Source of the DNA: Bacteroidia bacterium
GTDB taxonomy: Bacteria; Bacteroidota; Bacteroidia; Cytophagales; Flammeovirgaceae
Direction: 5' to 3'
Assembly: GCA_030425505.1 (NCBI GenBank)
Contig: JAUIAB010000003.1
Location: 1-64,000, forward strand
Length of the DNA: 64,000 bases
The first letter of the stretch is position 1, and each line of letters begins with the position of its first letter. Shown piece after piece: positions 59,672 to 64,000 of the stretch. Made by a program: the position numbers and the translations under genes. The notes below the pieces were generated by a model. That model saw nothing but the letters and a program-made list of their open reading frames with translations. It made no database searches and was not told the origin of the DNA.

Positions 59672-60391
59672 ATGAAAAGAAGACTTTTTATAAAATCTTT
59701 GATTGTTTTACCAAGTGCAGCATATGCCTTGCCTCATTTTTTTTCTCAAAATTTAAATAAAAAAATAACGGGTATAGAAAGACCTGAGTTAAAAGGAGAT
59801 AATTTCAAACTTTTACCTGAGGCTGCCTTTGCTTTCATAAAAATGAGAGAAGAAGCTAAGAAGAAAAATATTGATATATATTCTCTTTCAAGCTATAGAA
59901 GCTTTGAGCATCAAAAAAAAATTTGGAATAGAAAATTTGTAAAGTATCAATCAAAAAGCTTGAGCAATTCTGAAATTATAGAGAAAATAACAGAGTTTTC
60001 TGCTATACCAGGAACTTCTAGGCATCACTGGGGAACAGATCTAGATATTATTGACAAAAACTATCCAATAACTGGTGATGAGCTAATCGAAAAAAACTAT
60101 TTAAGTGGAGGAAAGTATGAAAAAATGAAGAGATGGCTTGATAATAATGCTAATAAATATGGTTTTTTTGAAGTTTATACGAATGATAAACAACGAAGTG
60201 GCTTTGAGTTTGAACCTTGGCACTTTAGCTATCAACCTTTAGCAAAAGATATATTGAAAACGTATTTGAAAATTGATTTGGTAGAGCTATTTCGACAACA
60301 CCCTATTCAAGGATCTAATTTATTTGATTCAAGTTTTCTGAATAATTATACTAAAGACTTTGTTTTGGGTATAAATAAATCCTTAATTTGA
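59672..60391 (+). CDS. Peptidase M15B (VanY / D-Ala-D-Ala carboxypeptidase-like) with Tat-type signal
   Basis: 239 aa. The N-terminus MKRRLFIKSLIVLPSAAYA is a twin-arginine-like signal. Zn-ligand blocks are SSYRSFEHQ and SRHHWGTDLDI. Confidence 0.7.
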   Translation: MKRRLFIKSLIVLPSAAYALPHFFSQNLNKKITGIERPELKGDNFKLLPEAAFAFIKMREEAKKKNIDIYSLSSYRSFEHQKKIWNRKFVKYQSKSLSNSEIIEKITEFSAIPGTSRHHWGTDLDIIDKNYPITGDELIEKNYLSGGKYEKMKRWLDNNANKYGFFEVYTNDKQRSGFEFEPWHFSYQPLAKDILKTYLKIDLVELFRQHPIQGSNLFDSSFLNNYTKDFVLGINKSLI

Positions 60392-60402
60392 AGTAAATTT
60401 CA

Positions 60403-61833
60403 GTGAATTTGAAAGCGGCTAACTTTATCAAGCAACTTTTTGCTATTCCTTTTTTTTTGGTCATTGTATTTGCATTTTACCTTCAATCATGCCTTAATGA
60501 ACATGAACGCATTGATTTAAATAATACTGTAAAGCTTAGCTTTTCTAGCGACACTCTAAGCTTTGATACTATTTTTACAGATTTAGAAAGCACCTCTAAA
60601 TGGTTAACTATATACAATAATTCAAAAAATGCTATTAAGGTTGATGAGATTAAAGTTGCTGGAATAGAAAACTCACCTTTCAGCTTAATTATTAACGGAA
60701 AAGAGCAACAAAGCATCCAAAACCTTGAGGTTCTTGGCAAAGATAGTATTGTTGTATTTGCTAAGGTTTTAATTAATTCTAAAAACCAAAATTTACCGTT
60801 CGAAATTAGAGACTCCATCTTATTTGACTATAATAATTTTCAGCAGGATGTTAAACTTATTGCTTGGGGACAAGACTCCGAAGTTATCAATGGATCTGAA
60901 ACGGTGCTGGATTGCTCAACTACCTGGGACAGCTCTAAGCCTTATAGAGTTTATGACTCTCTTATAGTAGAAGAGGGTTGCACTTTACGATTACTGGAAG
61001 GAACTAATGTTTTTATGGGCATTAATTCTTCCATTATTGTTGAGGGTAACCTGATAATAGAAGGCAGTAGTAGTAAAAAAGCTGTGCTTACTAGTCTTCG
61101 CAATGATGAGGGCTACAATAAGTTAGCAGGCCAATGGCTTGGTATATTTTTTAAACCAAGCAGTAATAATAATTCTATCCAATGGGCTGAAATCAAAAAT
61201 GCTTTTGTAGGAATCAGAGTAGAAATTAATGATGATGATATTTCTCCAGATCTGGAAATACAACATACCATTATTGAAAATATGGCAGTAGATGGCTTAC
61301 AAGCTTTTGGCTCAGACCTTTCTTTAAAAAATACTTTAATCAATAACTGCCTTGATCATACTATTGCTTTGGTAGGAGGAGGAAATTATACTATAGAGTT
61401 TTGTACTATTGCTAACTTTCAGTTTGATTTTAAAAGAGAGACTCCCTCGATTGTATTGTCTAATGCTTTTGGTGATTTAACTGAAGACCTGAACTTAGAT
61501 ATTAAAAATACCATACTATGGGGCAGTTTAGAAGAAGAGTTTGAAATAGTAAATGAGCCAGGAACTTCTATCAACTTATTATTTCAAAATAATATTTTGA
61601 AAACCAATATAGAAAGCTTTAATTTAAATCAAAATATTATAAACGAAGACCCTAGGTTCAAAGGTATTCCTAGTGACCAAATGTTTCTTCTTGATTCACT
61701 TAGTCCTGCAATAGGAAATGCTGTTAAATTAGATTTTCGTATAGATTTATCTGGAAGAGAAAGAGATGAAAATCCTGATATAGGGGCGTATGAATATTTT
61801 GAAGAAGATGATGATGAAAATGAAGATGGATAG
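60403..61833 (+). CDS. Hypothetical lipoprotein, possibly right-handed beta-helix fold, with acidic C-terminal tail
   Basis: 476 aa with a lipobox (YLQSC). Repetitive N/G-rich segments. The C-terminus is EEDDDENEDG. Confidence 0.4.
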   Translation: MNLKAANFIKQLFAIPFFLVIVFAFYLQSCLNEHERIDLNNTVKLSFSSDTLSFDTIFTDLESTSKWLTIYNNSKNAIKVDEIKVAGIENSPFSLIINGKEQQSIQNLEVLGKDSIVVFAKVLINSKNQNLPFEIRDSILFDYNNFQQDVKLIAWGQDSEVINGSETVLDCSTTWDSSKPYRVYDSLIVEEGCTLRLLEGTNVFMGINSSIIVEGNLIIEGSSSKKAVLTSLRNDEGYNKLAGQWLGIFFKPSSNNNSIQWAEIKNAFVGIRVEINDDDISPDLEIQHTIIENMAVDGLQAFGSDLSLKNTLINNCLDHTIALVGGGNYTIEFCTIANFQFDFKRETPSIVLSNAFGDLTEDLNLDIKNTILWGSLEEEFEIVNEPGTSINLLFQNNILKTNIESFNLNQNIINEDPRFKGIPSDQMFLLDSLSPAIGNAVKLDFRIDLSGRERDENPDIGAYEYFEEDDDENEDG

Positions 61834-61897
61834 GTTTTGTAACCGTAGTTAATAAATATTATCAAAACAAATAGTGTCAAAATAATTATTCCTAGAA

Positions 61898-63145
61898 ATG
61901 TTTGATCTTAATACCTGGGAGGAAATTTATCTCACCATCAAGCAACATAAGCTAAGAACTATTCTTACAGCTTTCGGAGTTGCATGGGGGATTTTTATGC
62001 TGGTCATTTTAATGGGTGCTGGAAAAGCTCTTAGGAATGGTGTGGAACATCAGTTTAGAGATGATGCCATCAATAGCTTATGGGTTTGGCCTGGAACTAC
62101 TTCTAAACCTCATGATGGACTACCTATAGGAAGACGAGTAAACCTTACTAATAGTGATTATAGTAAAATAAGAGATCATTATGACGAAGCAGAGTACGTT
62201 ACTGCCAGGTTTTATTTATCGGGTGAATACACTATTAGCTATAAAAAGAAGTCCTCCTCATTTTATGTAAGATCTGTTCATCCAGATCATAAATATCTGG
62301 AAAATACGATAATGACTAGTGGTCGATTCTTAAACAATAGGGACATTGAAGAAAAAAGAAAGGTGGCAGTTATTGGCAAATTGGTAAAAGAAGGTCTTTT
62401 TGAAAAAGATGAAAATCCAATTGGAGAGATAATTAACCTAAAAGGGATTAATTATAAGGTAATTGGCACTTTTGAAGATACTGGTCATGACAGAGAGATG
62501 ATGCACATATATATTCCTATTTCTACTGCTCAGCTTGCCTATAATGGGAAAGATGAAATTGATCAACTCATGTTTACAATAGGTGACATGAGTACTAAAG
62601 ACGCAAAAGCTCTTGAGGATAGATTAGTTAAAGATTTAGCTAGGAAACATAATTTTGATCCTGAGGATAAACAAGCTGTATATATTAGAAATGGTATTGA
62701 GCAGTATGAAAATGTAAAAAGTCTATTTTTTTGGATAAAGGCATTTGTTTGGTTTGTCGGTATAGGATCTATCATTGCTGGCATTGTAGGAGTAAGCAAT
62801 ATAATGCTCATTGTAGTTAAAGAGCGCACAAGGGAAATTGGAATAAGAAAAGCTTTAGGAGCAACACCAGGTTCTATTGTTGGAATTATTTTAAAAGAAG
62901 CATTCGTAATAACTGGTGTTTCAGGTTACCTAGGTCTCCTTGCTGGTACGGGACTTTTGTTTGGCATTAATCAGCTGATTGAAAAAAATAATATTGACTT
63001 AGGCTTTTTTAGAAATCCCGAAGTAGAAATATCTGTTGCTATTGGAGCAACTATAGTCTTGATAATATCTGGGCTTTTATCTGGGCTTGTTCCCTCTATA
63101 AGAGCAGCAAGAATTAACCCTATTGAAGCAATACGATATGAGTAG
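61898..63145 (+). CDS. ABC transporter permease, FtsX/MacB-LolE family
   Basis: 415 aa with an N-terminal TM (RTILTAFGVAWGIFMLVILMGAG), a large periplasmic MacB_PCD-like domain and a C-terminal FtsX 3-TM bundle. Confidence 0.8.
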   Translation: MFDLNTWEEIYLTIKQHKLRTILTAFGVAWGIFMLVILMGAGKALRNGVEHQFRDDAINSLWVWPGTTSKPHDGLPIGRRVNLTNSDYSKIRDHYDEAEYVTARFYLSGEYTISYKKKSSSFYVRSVHPDHKYLENTIMTSGRFLNNRDIEEKRKVAVIGKLVKEGLFEKDENPIGEIINLKGINYKVIGTFEDTGHDREMMHIYIPISTAQLAYNGKDEIDQLMFTIGDMSTKDAKALEDRLVKDLARKHNFDPEDKQAVYIRNGIEQYENVKSLFFWIKAFVWFVGIGSIIAGIVGVSNIMLIVVKERTREIGIRKALGATPGSIVGIILKEAFVITGVSGYLGLLAGTGLLFGINQLIEKNNIDLGFFRNPEVEISVAIGATIVLIISGLLSGLVPSIRAARINPIEAIRYE

Positions 63146-63169
63146 TAATCTTTGTAAATAAAAGTATCC

Positions 63170-64000
63170 ATGTTTGATCTCGATAAATGGCAAGAAATAT
63201 TAGCTACTATTAAAAAAAATAAGTTAAGAACTATTCTTACTGCTCTGAGTGTGTTTTGGGGCATTTTTATGTTGATTTTCATGCTCGGCGTTGGAAAAGG
63301 CTTAGAGAATGGAGTTAGAAAGGGGTTTGGTCAACATGCGAAAAACAGTTGCTATATGTGGGGAATGAAAACTCAGAAACCCTATAATGGGCTTAAAGCA
63401 GGAAGGTGGATACGCTTTACATATGAAGACATGGATGCCATACGAAGCCAGGTGGAAGGAGTTGAAAGTCTAGCTCCACAATTAAGAAGAAACAATGAAA
63501 TCACAAGGTATGGGAATAACTCTGGCGCATTCCAAATAAAAGGAGATGTGCCAGAGTATCAAGAAATCAACCCAATGAATATTACCAAAGGTAGATTTAT
63601 CAATCAAAAAGATATTAAAGAAAAAAGGAAAGTAGCAGTTATAGGGGAGCGAGTTCTAGACATTTTATTTGATGATAAGATTGATGCTATTGGAGAGTTT
63701 ATAAAAATAAGAGGTGTCTATTTTCAAGTAGTAGGTATTGCCAAATCTTTTAGAAAAAATGATGATGGCGAAGAGGATGAAAAAAGTATATATGTCCCTA
63801 TAACTACTATGCAAACTGCCTATAATATGGGCAATAGAGTTGGTTACCTATCTTTTACTGCAAAAAATGGAGTAAGTGTCTCAAGCATTGAAGATCAAGC
63901 AAAAGAATTACTCATGCATAGACACAAAGTTGACCCAACAGATAAAACGGCTATTGGCTCTGCTAACCTTGAAGAAGAATTTAATAAAGTTCAGGGTCTA
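63170..64000 (+). CDS. Second FtsX/MacB-family ABC permease (tandem paralog). Truncated by the window end.
   Basis: The ATG at 63170 gives MFDLDKWQEILATIKKNKLRTILTALSVFWGIFMLIFMLGVGKGLENG..., colinear with the preceding permease. The ORF is open to the window end. Confidence 0.75.
   Translation, partial: MFDLDKWQEILATIKKNKLRTILTALSVFWGIFMLIFMLGVGKGLENGVRKGFGQHAKNSCYMWGMKTQKPYNGLKAGRWIRFTYEDMDAIRSQVEGVESLAPQLRRNNEITRYGNNSGAFQIKGDVPEYQEINPMNITKGRFINQKDIKEKRKVAVIGERVLDILFDDKIDAIGEFIKIRGVYFQVVGIAKSFRKNDDGEEDEKSIYVPITTMQTAYNMGNRVGYLSFTAKNGVSVSSIEDQAKELLMHRHKVDPTDKTAIGSANLEEEFNKVQGL

Noticed and set aside
1-64000. CRISPR arrays, reverse transcriptases (retron/DGR), restriction-modification or other named defence systems.
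   Set aside because: I saw no direct-repeat/spacer array, no RT motif (YxDD) ORF, no DNA methyltransferase motifs (the FkbM methyltransferase is a small-molecule or sugar O-methyltransferase type), and no nuclease/helicase defence-like gene pairs. Absence is from reading by eye, not from a tool.

Overview
This is an AT-rich chromosomal segment that looks Bacteroidetes-like. The supporting signs are a T9SS C-terminal sorting domain on a secreted protease, a DUF885 protein, an N-terminal double-TM plus vWA protein, a crtI-crtB carotenoid pair and a fused E1 alpha/beta dehydrogenase. Most of the window is housekeeping: gcvT, clpB, engB, recJ, ispB, lgt, gatB, a PfkB kinase and a fused 2-oxoacid dehydrogenase E1. 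It also holds an RND efflux operon (MFP-RND-TolC), an ECF-sigma-crtI-crtB cluster and tandem FtsX permeases.

Accessory-looking content is as follows. An IS5/IS1182-like transposase fragment runs off the left edge next to an orphan Hpt gene. A block from 0.7 to 7.2 kb carries a PLP decarboxylase, an FkbM methyltransferase and a GT2 pair. A large secreted vWA protein sits beside a trypsin-like T9SS protease. The clearest accessory locus is at 24.6-34.6 kb. It contains a short hicB-hicA pair in which hicA carries a frameshift. Next to it is a roughly 350-bp stretch of tRNA-derived debris: a tRNA-like remnant lacking an anticodon arm, a second T-arm/3'-acceptor piece, and a clean tRNA-Leu(CAA) 5' half with no 3' half. 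Downstream come an SPFH protein, a beta-lactamase-fold serine hydrolase, a LuxE/PaaK-like adenylating enzyme, a 600-bp non-coding gap, two tandem BNR/Asp-box propeller paralogs and an orphan DctQ-like gene. I read this as a tRNA-associated integration hotspot or islet remnant.

I found no CRISPR array, no reverse transcriptase, and no recognisable restriction-modification or known multi-gene defence system. All calls are from reading the sequence and translations by eye; no database searches were run.
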